IMG/VR virus record: IMGVR_UViG_3300010413_001187 | Span: 2,131-66,130 of that record | From: a virus | Taxonomy: Duplodnaviria; Caudoviricetes | Reading direction: 5' to 3' (one strand) | Length of the DNA: 64,000 bases | Shown here: positions 51,392-60,745 of the stretch, piece after piece | How positions within the stretch are numbered: the stretch's first letter is position 1 | Layout: every line of letters begins with the position of its first letter | Notes under the pieces: generated by a model | The model's database searches: none | Told to the model about the DNA's origin: nothing | What the model saw: only the letters and a program-made list of their open reading frames with translations | Made by a program: the position numbers and the translations under genes

Positions 51392-52090
51392 ATGGTTGAT
51401 AAAATATTTAAAAAAGACGAATGGCTAACTAATATATTAGAGTACGATGTTTATAATATTGATTATGATAGCATTAAACATTATAAAAAGGAATTAGTGC
51501 TACCCTATTCTGCTTTATATTGTATTAAAATCCCTAATAATGATGTAATTACTACAATCACATTAATTAATTCTGGCTTTGAATACATATGCAATAATAT
51601 AGTTTTTGAATTAGTGGAGCATTCAATCGTTCAGAATAATACAGGGATTAATATATGTCCTTACTCTGCTAAAATGCAGTCTGATATCTTATGGACTGCT
51701 GGAAAAAGTTTTTCTTTTAGTCGATTTCATAAGGATCAAAAAATACCAGAGTATAAAGCTAATAAGATATATCAAGAATGGATAAAAAATCATATTGAAG
51801 GAAAGAGAGGGGATGGGTTATTGGTAGCAGAAAAAGACGGAATCACAGTAGGTTTCTTGGCTACAATATCAACTGAAAACTATGTTTCTATTGATTTGAT
51901 ATGTGTTAATAGTGATTACCAAAAACTAGGAGTAGCGTCATCATTGGTAAGTTTTTTTATTGAAACTGTTTATGGCAAAAAGATAAGAGTAGAAACGCAA
52001 TCAAGCAATATACCTGCTATAAAATTATATGAAAAATATAACTTTAAGATAAAAGAAACTTTTAATGTTTTTCATTTTCATAAATTTTAA
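51392..52090 (+). CDS. GNAT acetyltransferase, WecD/RffC (TDP-fucosamine acetyltransferase)-like
   Basis: SRFHKD...A..IY.EW, IDLICV...YQKLGVA, VETQSSNIPAIKLYEK. Confidence 0.8.
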   Translation: MVDKIFKKDEWLTNILEYDVYNIDYDSIKHYKKELVLPYSALYCIKIPNNDVITTITLINSGFEYICNNIVFELVEHSIVQNNTGINICPYSAKMQSDILWTAGKSFSFSRFHKDQKIPEYKANKIYQEWIKNHIEGKRGDGLLVAEKDGITVGFLATISTENYVSIDLICVNSDYQKLGVASSLVSFFIETVYGKKIRVETQSSNIPAIKLYEKYNFKIKETFNVFHFHKF

Positions 52091-52111
52091 TAAATGTGTA
52101 GGAGACAAGAC

Positions 52112-52855
52112 ATGAAAGATAAGATAAATTCATTGTTGGGCCAAGATATGATTATACTTAAGCATTCAGATAATTCTATTGTTGGTGAGTTAAACCGAAG
52201 ATCACCATTAGAGGAATGTCCGACTATGTTAGAATTACTTAATTTAATAAAAGACTTTCCAGGTGTAGGAGAGTATTATGAGGCACATGTACTATTCGTC
52301 TTGGCTTGTTATAATATAGTAGCATTGACTGGATCCAAGACCATAGTAGAAGTTGGCACCTTACATGGTTTATCTTCTAGTGCCTTTATGCGGGCTTTAG
52401 GAGACAGCGGGCATCTTATAAGTTTTGATCCCAATATGAGCGAAATAGTTTGGGATTGGATGCCATCAAATTATGAGGATTTATGGACCAGATACACTAT
52501 GACTGGTCAAGCTGGCTATAATGCAGTAAAGGATAGATTAGATGAAGAATATATAGACTTATTATTTATTGATGCTGCACATGATTACAATGATACACAA
52601 CAATTGTTGAATGGTTATTGGCTTAATAAGATCCGCCCTGGTGGTTATATAGCATTAGATGATTGCACCCCTCAGTTTCAAGCTGAAGTAAACTATGATC
52701 AAATACCAGAACATCTTTATGAACGAGGGAATCTTAATTATGGAGTATTAAGAGCATTACTAGAATTTACAAAAAGAAATAATGATCGTATAGAGTATGC
52801 TTTCATAATTAATACTGTACGTTCTACTGGCTTTGGTGTAATTAAATTACGGTAA
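52112..52855 (+). CDS. Methyltransferase (Methyltransf_24-like)
   Basis: IVEVGTLHGLS, DLLFIDAAHDY, RPGGYIALDD; start placed after the AGGAG RBS. Confidence 0.85.
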   Translation: MKDKINSLLGQDMIILKHSDNSIVGELNRRSPLEECPTMLELLNLIKDFPGVGEYYEAHVLFVLACYNIVALTGSKTIVEVGTLHGLSSSAFMRALGDSGHLISFDPNMSEIVWDWMPSNYEDLWTRYTMTGQAGYNAVKDRLDEEYIDLLFIDAAHDYNDTQQLLNGYWLNKIRPGGYIALDDCTPQFQAEVNYDQIPEHLYERGNLNYGVLRALLEFTKRNNDRIEYAFIINTVRSTGFGVIKLR

Positions 52856-52859
52856 TACT

Positions 52860-52970
52860 ATGCAGAGATTAAATCAACCTATTGTATACACTAGACGATT
52901 CTATTCTTACAGTCCTTTTTACCATAGTGAATATTTTTTAAATGTACGATATGAAGAGCTACTTTATTAG
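52860..52970 (+). pseudogene. 36-codon ORF resembling a sulfotransferase fragment
   Basis: Hand translation MQRLNQPIVYTRRFYSYSPFYHSEYFLNVRYEELLY*; VRYEELL resembles IRYEDLL of the 48728 gene. Confidence 0.3.
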
Positions 52971-52983
52971 AGGTATGTTCATA

Positions 52984-53517
52984 ATGACAGGTAAGCATGA
53001 ACAAGTTAAATTATTTGGTAATGTTATTTGGTTATATGGTATGTCTGGTGCCGGTAAGACTACACTAGGCACTAGACTCGCAAAAGATTTGAACTATATG
53101 TTCATTGATAGTGATTATTTTAGACAGGTGCGATGGATCAAACCTGATTTTACTCCTAAAGGTAGACGTAAATATCAGAATGAACTAAGAAATGAGGTTG
53201 CTAGACTACAATTATCTTTTAGTCCAGGTATAGTAGTAGCTTCAATAACTCCATATACAGATATGAGAGAAAAGAACAGAAGAGTCTTTGGTAAAGAATA
53301 TCTTGAAGTACTTCTGAAGTGTGATATTGATACTCTTATTCAAAGAGATCCAAAAGGCTTATATAAGCGGGCAATGGAAGGAGATTTATTTAATTTCACT
53401 GGGCTTACGGACTCATTTGAGGAGGGTGAGCCCCACTTAATAGTGTACACAAATGATGGAGAAGATCTATCATATAAAATTTTATTAGAAAATGTGAGGA
53501 AATGGTTAAATGTGTAG
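52984..53517 (+). CDS. cysC: Adenylyl-sulfate (APS) kinase
   Basis: IWLYGMSGAGKTT, ASITPY, RDPKGLYKRA..G...NFTG..DSFE. Confidence 0.92.
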   Translation: MTGKHEQVKLFGNVIWLYGMSGAGKTTLGTRLAKDLNYMFIDSDYFRQVRWIKPDFTPKGRRKYQNELRNEVARLQLSFSPGIVVASITPYTDMREKNRRVFGKEYLEVLLKCDIDTLIQRDPKGLYKRAMEGDLFNFTGLTDSFEEGEPHLIVYTNDGEDLSYKILLENVRKWLNV

Positions 53518-53674
53518 TAGATGTAATTTTAATCCAAATGTTAGAGAAGATTTACCGCCTGTGCATATGCCTAATGGGGATCTAATATATAAGATATTAA
53601 AAGAAAAATCAAAACAAATTATGGACGAATGGGATAGACAAGATATGATTGAAAGAGAGAAGTATGTCGATTAA
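53510..53674 (+). CDS. Small hypothetical protein (54 aa, not in the ORF track)
   Basis: MCSRCNFNPNVREDLPPVHMPNGDLIYKILKEKSKQIMDEWDRQDMIEREKYVD fills the gap and overlaps both neighbours. Confidence 0.45.
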   Translation: MCSRCNFNPNVREDLPPVHMPNGDLIYKILKEKSKQIMDEWDRQDMIEREKYVD

Positions 53675-54401
53675 AGTAATACATTGGAGTGAAGCATCAT
53701 TAAATGATGTATTACTCTTTCATCATTTACCTAAAACTGCTGGTACTGCTGTGTCATCAGCACTTGAAGGGCTCTATGGCGCTGAGTATTATAGATGGTT
53801 TCATGGGCCAGCTGGGGCTTTAAAGACATTGGTGGATGGACACTCATTAAAAGCTTTGGGCGGGCATTTTCATTTGAGCCATCCACTTGCTGCGCAGATT
53901 GATGCACAAGTAATTATGATTACTCTTATCAGAGACCCAGTTGATCGAGTCATCTCTAATTTTTATTATTTACGTGCTAATGAAAAACATCATCTTTACG
54001 AATTAGCTAATGCATATTCATTGGAGGAAGCACTAAATAAAGGTCTTGCTAAAAAATTACAGATAGATAATGAAATAGTCAGAATGCTATCTACAGCGGA
54101 TCCAAAGAATTCCTTAGGCACAGCTTTTAGAAGTGCAAAAGAAACTATTAATTCGTATACCTTTTTTGGTCTACAGGAACAGACAAGAATGCTTCAATTG
54201 TTAATAAATAGAGTTTTCAACATTGAGCATTTTAAAATACCTGTAATGACAACTTATACAGCTAGGCCCAAGAAAGAAGAAGTAGATCCCGGCTTGATAG
54301 AGTTGATAAAGAAATATAATCAGTATGATGTAGAACTATATGAATATGCAAAAGAAATATATAATAGAAAATTGGAAAAAGAATGGAGATTGAAACGTTA
54401 A
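53664..54401 (+). CDS. Sulfotransferase (Sulfotransfer_2 / Gal-3-O-sulfotransferase-like)
   Basis: FHHLPKTAGT, GGHF, IRDPVDRVISNFYY, N.YD.ELY. Confidence 0.88.
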   Translation: MSIKVIHWSEASLNDVLLFHHLPKTAGTAVSSALEGLYGAEYYRWFHGPAGALKTLVDGHSLKALGGHFHLSHPLAAQIDAQVIMITLIRDPVDRVISNFYYLRANEKHHLYELANAYSLEEALNKGLAKKLQIDNEIVRMLSTADPKNSLGTAFRSAKETINSYTFFGLQEQTRMLQLLINRVFNIEHFKIPVMTTYTARPKKEEVDPGLIELIKKYNQYDVELYEYAKEIYNRKLEKEWRLKR

Positions 54402-55120
54402 CAAATATTATTCCATGGGATAAAGCATCATCAGATGATTTTCTTTTATTCCATCATATACCGAAGACTGCAGGAACAGCTTTATCGGCTGCCTTGCGCC
54501 GGTACTATGGGCCTGAGAACTATCATTGGTTTCACGGTCCTAGTGGTGCTCTGGATGCTATTTATGAGGGCACTGAATTACGAGCTGTGGGGGGTCATTT
54601 CGATTTAAATCATCGTTTATTAGATATGATACAAACTCCAATGATTTTAATCACAATCTTCAGAGAACCCGTCGAAAGAGTAATTTCATCATATTACTAT
54701 TTAAAGAATAATGGTAAACATAATTTACATGAGTTAGCTATGAGATTCAGTTTAGAAGATATTTTTGATAAAAAATGGGCTCGGCGGCTACAAATGGAAA
54801 ACCAAATGGTCCGCACGGTGTCTAATATAGAGTATAGACGATGGGCTGATCCTGTGTCGGGGGCTAAAGAAAATATTTTGAAATATACCTTTTTTGGATT
54901 ACAAGATGATTTAGACACTTTCGAACAGCTATTCAATTCTAAATTTAATACCACAGACCTACAGATACTAAGATCCAAAAAGAAATATGAAACCCCTAAA
55001 CCAGATGAACTCGATGCAAGAACTTTAGAATTAATTAAAATGAATAATAAAGATGATATATGTTTGTATGAATATATACAAGAAGTCTATTTACAGAAAA
55101 TAAAAGAAGACTGGATATGA
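54383..55120 (+). CDS. Sulfotransferase (tandem paralog)
   Basis: FHHIPKTAGT, GGHF, FREPVERVISSYYY. Confidence 0.88.
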   Translation: MEIETLTNIIPWDKASSDDFLLFHHIPKTAGTALSAALRRYYGPENYHWFHGPSGALDAIYEGTELRAVGGHFDLNHRLLDMIQTPMILITIFREPVERVISSYYYLKNNGKHNLHELAMRFSLEDIFDKKWARRLQMENQMVRTVSNIEYRRWADPVSGAKENILKYTFFGLQDDLDTFEQLFNSKFNTTDLQILRSKKKYETPKPDELDARTLELIKMNNKDDICLYEYIQEVYLQKIKEDWI

Positions 55121-55161
55121 AGGTAAAAGTAAGAGATAGAGGAATTTATGGAGACAGAATA

Positions 55162-55560
55162 ATGAAAAGAAGAAATTTTTTAGTCGGAGCTTTGATAGGG
55201 CTTTCATCAATATTTACAGTAAAGAAATCATCAGCATATAATACTCCAGGTTTATGTTTGGAAAACATTGTTGGCGAGATAAATAAATATGGATACAAAG
55301 TCGATAGTGAACATAGAGACCAGAAACTAGAAGAAATTAGTTTTTGTCAAACACATAAAGAATTTACTGAAGATATTGTAAGGGTTTGGAAAGTTACTAA
55401 TATTCATAATAGAGAACCTATGTTTTATGTTCAAAAATTTATTTTTGGCACTAACATGGATGGAAATTTATATAATTTGAATACTCAATGTTATCTGACT
55501 GATAATTGGAAGAAAGAACTATATACTTTAATCAATATGCAGCCAGAAAGGTTATGTTAA
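55162..55560 (+). CDS. Hypothetical protein with a twin-arginine (Tat)-like N-terminus
   Basis: MKRRNFLVGALIGLSSIFTVKKSSA after a GGAG RBS; alternative start at 55117. Confidence 0.5.
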   Translation: MKRRNFLVGALIGLSSIFTVKKSSAYNTPGLCLENIVGEINKYGYKVDSEHRDQKLEEISFCQTHKEFTEDIVRVWKVTNIHNREPMFYVQKFIFGTNMDGNLYNLNTQCYLTDNWKKELYTLINMQPERLC

Positions 55561-56081
55561 TGCCGACTGCTGAAGCAAGACAAAGTTTAGCAAAATATTG
55601 TCAAGGTAATGGAATAGATGTTGGATATGGTGGTATTGCTATAACTCCCAATACAATAAATCTTGATTTGCCGGAAAAGAAACAACATGGTGGGAATGAT
55701 CCACAACATTTATTTGGCAATGGCAAAGAATTATATTGGTTCAAGGATGAAGTTCTTGATTATGTTTATTCATCCCATCTATTAGAGAATTTCTATATAC
55801 CAGAGATGCATGAGTTTTTAAAGGAATGGTTTCGAGTATTAAAACCAGGAGGCTTAATCATATTATATCTACCTGATCAGAAAGTCTATGAAGAACATTG
55901 TCGTAAGGCAGGGGCGAATCATAATCCCGCTCACAAGTACAAAGAACTAAGCTTAGAATGGTTTATAGAAAGTGTAATAAAACCATTGAATAAAGAAATA
56001 GAAGTATATAAATTAGACATTATATATAAGAATCCTAACGCTGGTAAATTTTCGTTCGAGTTAGTCTTAAGAAAAGGTTAA
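55560..56081 (+). CDS. Class I SAM methyltransferase (Methyltransf_11-like)
   Basis: GIDVGYGG, LDYVYSSHLLE, EWFRVLKPGG...LYLPD. Confidence 0.88.
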   Translation: MPTAEARQSLAKYCQGNGIDVGYGGIAITPNTINLDLPEKKQHGGNDPQHLFGNGKELYWFKDEVLDYVYSSHLLENFYIPEMHEFLKEWFRVLKPGGLIILYLPDQKVYEEHCRKAGANHNPAHKYKELSLEWFIESVIKPLNKEIEVYKLDIIYKNPNAGKFSFELVLRKG

Positions 56082-56086
56082 TCACG

Positions 56087-56269
56087 ATGTTACAAAAATT
56101 ATTGAGAAAGCTATTTTATTGGAAAAGATGTAATAAGTGTGGCAGTATAAATACATATGTGGAATACAGACCCATAATAGGCTATCAAGTTGGTAAGCCA
56201 TACGAATACATAGAGAAAACTTTAATTTGTAGAGACTGTCATGACATTTACCAAAAAGATTTATGGTAA
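56087..56269 (+). CDS. Small zinc-ribbon-like hypothetical protein
   Basis: CNKC...CRDC. Confidence 0.5.
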   Translation: MLQKLLRKLFYWKRCNKCGSINTYVEYRPIIGYQVGKPYEYIEKTLICRDCHDIYQKDLW

Positions 56270-56580
56270 AGGGGATAGAAATGGGAGAGAAGAAAAGTTT
56301 ATTAGAATTGAATGACGAAGTAAATGAGGGAATAGAGATTGCCAAAGAAGCAGCGGGCGAAGATGAAGAATTATTAGAGACAATATATACATTAGAGCGT
56401 GCTTGGAATAAGTTACTAGGACAAATTATTATTATGTCTGTTGGTTTAACAGCTATGAAATATAGAGAAGATGAGCAAATAAGAGAATTGTTACGAATAT
56501 ATAAAAGGAAAATTGGTGGCTTAACTCTGTTTAGTGATTGGATGAAAGATGATCCTAACAAAAAGCCTCCAAAAAATTAG
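56263..56580 (+). CDS. Hypothetical protein
   Basis: ORF in the operon-like run. Confidence 0.55.
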   Translation: MVKGIEMGEKKSLLELNDEVNEGIEIAKEAAGEDEELLETIYTLERAWNKLLGQIIIMSVGLTAMKYREDEQIRELLRIYKRKIGGLTLFSDWMKDDPNKKPPKN

Positions 56581-56589
56581 GAGCGGCAA

Positions 56590-57648
56590 ATGAAAATATT
56601 GATTACTGGTGGGGCTGGGTATATAGGCTCAGTATTAGTTAAGAAATTATTAGAGTGGAAACCTATATCTCTTGATGCTTTGGTTAATACTGGTAATGGT
56701 ATTAGATGGTCTAGCCCTATAGAAAAAATAACAGTAGTAGATAATCTTATTCGTAAACAAAATGTCTTGGGCGAGTTCGTAACTGATTCAAGATTCGAAT
56801 TCATCAAAACAAATATAGATTCCTTTTTCACTTATCAAGGTGATATGCACCCGTTCCATAAAGGCGATGAGATAGACGTTACTGAGTTAGCTTGTTTTTA
56901 TGATGTCGTCATTCCTCTAGCTGGAATTGTAGGTGCTCCTAGATGTCAAGAAGAGCAAGAACTCAGTTGGAAATATAATAGGATATGGATTTTTGAGTTA
57001 ATAAAAGAATTGGAAGAACATGCACCTGTGCCTCCTAAAGTTATATTCCCATGTACTAATTCAGGTTATGGATCAAGACCAGACGGCGCAATGATTACTG
57101 AAGAGGACCCATTAAGACCTGTTTCTGCTTATGGTAGATCAAAGGTAGCAGCAGAAAAAGATATATTAAGCTATGGGGGAATTAGTTTGAGGCTGGCCAC
57201 AGTTATGGGCTGGTCTCCATGTATGCGTCTGGATCTATTAGTTAATGACTTTGTATGGCAAGCTGTTAAACGAAGAAACATAGTTCTCTTTGAAAAACAT
57301 TTCAAGAGAAATTATATTCATGTAGAAGATGTCGCGCAAGCTTTTATTCTAGCTATAGAAAAATATTATCAGATGGGTGGACAATCTTTCAATGTTGGTC
57401 TATCTAGTGCGAACTTATCTAAAGAAGAGTTGTCTAAAAAGATAGCTGAACATATAGAGTTGCATATAATTGATGCCCCTCTGATGGAGGATCCAGATAA
57501 GAGGGATTACATAGTTAGTAATGAGAAGATAGAAGCATTGGGGTTTAAACCTAGATGGGATATTGATTCAACTATTGAACAACTTATTAAATTTTATCAA
57601 ACTGTTGGATTAGATTCAGCAAATATATTTTATGAGAATTGGAAGTAA
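56590..57648 (+). CDS. NAD-dependent epimerase/dehydratase
   Basis: TGGAGYIG, TNSGYG, YGRSK, RLDLLVN. Confidence 0.92.
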   Translation: MKILITGGAGYIGSVLVKKLLEWKPISLDALVNTGNGIRWSSPIEKITVVDNLIRKQNVLGEFVTDSRFEFIKTNIDSFFTYQGDMHPFHKGDEIDVTELACFYDVVIPLAGIVGAPRCQEEQELSWKYNRIWIFELIKELEEHAPVPPKVIFPCTNSGYGSRPDGAMITEEDPLRPVSAYGRSKVAAEKDILSYGGISLRLATVMGWSPCMRLDLLVNDFVWQAVKRRNIVLFEKHFKRNYIHVEDVAQAFILAIEKYYQMGGQSFNVGLSSANLSKEELSKKIAEHIELHIIDAPLMEDPDKRDYIVSNEKIEALGFKPRWDIDSTIEQLIKFYQTVGLDSANIFYENWK

Positions 57649-57651
57649 ATT

Positions 57652-57900
57652 ATGAAGATTAAATCTTGTTTATGTGTTCACGCAGAACGTATTTATGTGG
57701 AATACCTTGGAGCCACCTTATTAGACATGGAACATGTTACGTGTTATTGTAAAGGTGAGCCACGTAAGGTAAATGTAAAACATTGTGATAAATGTGAAAT
57801 AGAAATAGAGGATGAAACAGATGACGACTTTCCACGATGGGCGAAAAGTAAGATTAAAGCCTCTTACAGAAAACACTTCATTGAGAATAGTGGAGAATAA
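57652..57900 (+). CDS. Small Cys-rich hypothetical protein
   Basis: CLC, CYC, CDKC. Confidence 0.5.
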   Translation: MKIKSCLCVHAERIYVEYLGATLLDMEHVTCYCKGEPRKVNVKHCDKCEIEIEDETDDDFPRWAKSKIKASYRKHFIENSGE

Positions 57901-58090
57901 ATCTCTACTTTGTAAAACATGTATATTAGGTGAAGAGATTAGAAGTAATACTGTATTATGCAATCTAAATCCAGAACAAAGAGAGGTAAAAGCCACAGGG
58001 TTTTGTGGACAAGGCGTGTGGGTAATTGATGGCGAAATAATGGATTTCAAAGAGGCATGGAGTCATATTAACAAGGAGGATAAATGTTAG
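57812..58090 (+). CDS. Small Cys-rich hypothetical protein
   Basis: CKTC...C..NP.......FCGQG; overlaps the upstream ORF. Confidence 0.5.
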   Translation: MKQMTTFHDGRKVRLKPLTENTSLRIVENKSLLCKTCILGEEIRSNTVLCNLNPEQREVKATGFCGQGVWVIDGEIMDFKEAWSHINKEDKC

Positions 58091-59076
58091 CGAGGTACAA
58101 GAGAGGAATTCCCTATAATAAAAGAATATTGGTAACCGGTGATCGGGGCTTTTTAGCACATCATTTAATTCCAGAATTAGAAAATAAATACCCAAGAGCA
58201 GATATAGTAAAACCACAGGGACGAAAATTTTTTGATCTAACCAGACAAGAACAAGTTGAAGCTATGTTTAAGTCTATGACAGAAGAAGGATATGTATCAG
58301 AAATATGGAATCTTGCTGCACTCTCTGGTGGTATAGAAGATAATAGAAATAGACCAGCCCAATATTATTATCAAAATCTTATGATCACAACAAATATATT
58401 AGAAACAGCAACTGTTTTTAAGGCTCGTAGATTAGTTCAATTCATGGGCGGATGCTCCTATCCTAACAAGGAGGGTGAAGATTTATTTACCGAAGAAATG
58501 ATGTGGGAGGGCCGTCCAGTTGGTACCTCAGCTGGCTATAGTATGGCAAAGAAAATGTCAATTATAGCCGCTGAGGTTTATGAACAACAATTCGGAATAA
58601 ATACAACAGTATTAATTCCTACAAATATGATTGGTGAGTGGGATAATTTTCATCCTGTAGAATCTCATGTCGTTCCTGGATTAATTGCTAGATTTATAGA
58701 GTCAAGGGAAGAGGGATATAAAACTGTTTCTGTATGGGGCAGTGGCAAGCCTGTCAGGGATTTTATTTATGCTGGGGATGTGGCTAAAATTGCAGTGGAA
58801 ATAATTCCTAAATATAAAAAGGTTGGTCCTATTAATATATCTACAGGTAAGGGAACATCTATCGCTGAATTAGCTGAGATTATTATGAAAGCTGTAGGAT
58901 TTGATGGTACAATACATTTTGATAGAAGTAAACCAGACGGTCAAATGCATAAAGTTCTTGATAATACTAAGATGATGAATGCCATTGAAGAATTTGCATT
59001 TACCTCTGTAGAAGAGGCTGTGGGGAGGACAGTAGAATGGTGCGAGAGGCGGATAATGACCAAGAAGCAACCCTAG
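58084..59076 (+). CDS. GDP-L-fucose synthase-like epimerase/reductase (Fcl/WcaG family)
   Basis: DLTRQEQV, LAALSGGI..N...PA, CSYP, YSMAK, PTN..G..DNF...SHVVPGLI, VWGSGKPVRDFIY, DRSKPDG. Confidence 0.9.
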   Translation: MLARYKRGIPYNKRILVTGDRGFLAHHLIPELENKYPRADIVKPQGRKFFDLTRQEQVEAMFKSMTEEGYVSEIWNLAALSGGIEDNRNRPAQYYYQNLMITTNILETATVFKARRLVQFMGGCSYPNKEGEDLFTEEMMWEGRPVGTSAGYSMAKKMSIIAAEVYEQQFGINTTVLIPTNMIGEWDNFHPVESHVVPGLIARFIESREEGYKTVSVWGSGKPVRDFIYAGDVAKIAVEIIPKYKKVGPINISTGKGTSIAELAEIIMKAVGFDGTIHFDRSKPDGQMHKVLDNTKMMNAIEEFAFTSVEEAVGRTVEWCERRIMTKKQP

Positions 59077-59318
59077 ACTATATATTAGATAGATTCAAAA
59101 CTAATAAACACATGAGAATAAGTTTAACACAGGACATTACTGGTCTTGCCAACGATGTACATCCAGAATATTTATTAGCTTTAATTAGAAGTGCTTGGAA
59201 GTCCTGGGAAGAAAAGAAAAAATCTAACATAGCAAAAACTATTGCTGGGCCAATGTATTATGACTCTTTTTTAGAGATTATGGAGAATGATGTTAGCGAC
59301 GAAGTTAAAGGCGCATAA
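59037..59318 (+). CDS. Hypothetical protein
   Basis: 93-aa ORF in the gene run. Confidence 0.5.
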   Translation: MVREADNDQEATLDYILDRFKTNKHMRISLTQDITGLANDVHPEYLLALIRSAWKSWEEKKKSNIAKTIAGPMYYDSFLEIMENDVSDEVKGA

Positions 59319-59784
59319 AGAATATATATCTTATTTTTTCAGACATAAATACTGGGTATATATAGAAGGAAAAAAGTTAGGGCTCCCAAGATGGAGATTA
59401 TTAGTTCATGACTTATCTAAACTAAGGCCTTCCGAATGGTTTGGTTATGTTAATTGGAAGTATAGTCAAATAATTAATGAAGGTGGGGGAACTAATAAGA
59501 ACAATAGAGGCTATGGAAGAAGCTGGCACCTTCATTATCTTAGGAATCCACATCATTATCAGCATTGGTTGTATATTGATGATCAAACCGGAGAGTGTTA
59601 TCCTGTGGAGATGCCAGATATTTATAGAAGAGAGATGCTTGCAGACTGGTCATCTGCTGGAATAGTGAGGTTTGGCAAACCAGGTTTATGGGAATATTAT
59701 CAAGCTAATGAAGAGATTCTGAGGAAACTCATTCACCCACAGACCTTGGGATGGTTAGAAAAGGAGATTAAACATGGTGGATAG
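59287..59784 (+). CDS. DUF5662-like (HD-related) phage protein
   Basis: HK..V, HDLSK..PSE, H...NPHH..HW, EMLADW. Confidence 0.7.
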   Translation: MMLATKLKAHKEYISYFFRHKYWVYIEGKKLGLPRWRLLVHDLSKLRPSEWFGYVNWKYSQIINEGGGTNKNNRGYGRSWHLHYLRNPHHYQHWLYIDDQTGECYPVEMPDIYRREMLADWSSAGIVRFGKPGLWEYYQANEEILRKLIHPQTLGWLEKEIKHGG

Positions 59785-60745
59785 AATAAGTTTAGAAAGA
59801 GGACTAAATCATCATGCTATAATAGGAAGTAATGGATTTATAGGTAGTGCACTAAAACGCTATGCTGATACACATTATTCTGAACAATTCTTAAGTAAAT
59901 GGCACGGAATAACTAGAGAAAATTATATGGGGTATAGAGGTAATCGTTTTAATAGAGTTATTTGGGCCGCTGGTAACCCGTCTAAGGAATATTGTCAAGA
60001 AAATCCTGAAAGATGTATGTATGATAATGCTTATATGGTACTGGAGGCTCTGAAAGATTTTCCTGCATATCAGTTTATATATATATCTAGCCAAGCGGTA
60101 TACACTGGTGAACAAAGAGAAGACTCCTTCATTGATATAGCTAAACTAGATACATATGGCTTATCCAAATATGTAGGTGAACTAATGGTGAAAGATTTTT
60201 GTGGATCGCATCAGATTGATTATATTATTATTAGGCCAAACGGTTTTACTGGGCCTGGATTAAAGAAAAATATAGTTCATGAAATAGCTACAGGATATAC
60301 CTTAAAGAAGACATGGGACAGTCGAGCACAATATATACATGTAGATACTTTTGCAGATATAGTATTATTTTTGACATTTAATCGTTATTTAGATTATAAA
60401 ATACTTAACGTTGCTCCGCCTGATGTTTTAACCCCCGTAGATATTGCTCGTATACTTAACAAAGATCTAACACAGATTAAACAACCTTCTAACGGTAATG
60501 TGAGGCACACAGATGCCGTTATGGATGTAACAAAAATGTTTAATCTTTTAAACAAGTATAAAAGATCAATCCCAACTAGTGAAAGAGCAGTGAGGTTATG
60601 GAATGAACCAGCTGAAGTATCAATGTCTGTTTTGCGGGGTCCAATGGGGGAATCCTGCCGCGGGAGAGGATCAGATATCGCATGGAATTTGTCCCGTGTG
60701 CGTTCGAATAAACCACACGGAATTAATACGGAAACACCAGATTAA
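59774..60745 (+). CDS. NAD-dependent epimerase/dehydratase (short form)
   Basis: IIGSNGFIG, YISSQAVY, YGLSK. Confidence 0.85.
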   Translation: MVDRISLERGLNHHAIIGSNGFIGSALKRYADTHYSEQFLSKWHGITRENYMGYRGNRFNRVIWAAGNPSKEYCQENPERCMYDNAYMVLEALKDFPAYQFIYISSQAVYTGEQREDSFIDIAKLDTYGLSKYVGELMVKDFCGSHQIDYIIIRPNGFTGPGLKKNIVHEIATGYTLKKTWDSRAQYIHVDTFADIVLFLTFNRYLDYKILNVAPPDVLTPVDIARILNKDLTQIKQPSNGNVRHTDAVMDVTKMFNLLNKYKRSIPTSERAVRLWNEPAEVSMSVLRGPMGESCRGRGSDIAWNLSRVRSNKPHGINTETPD

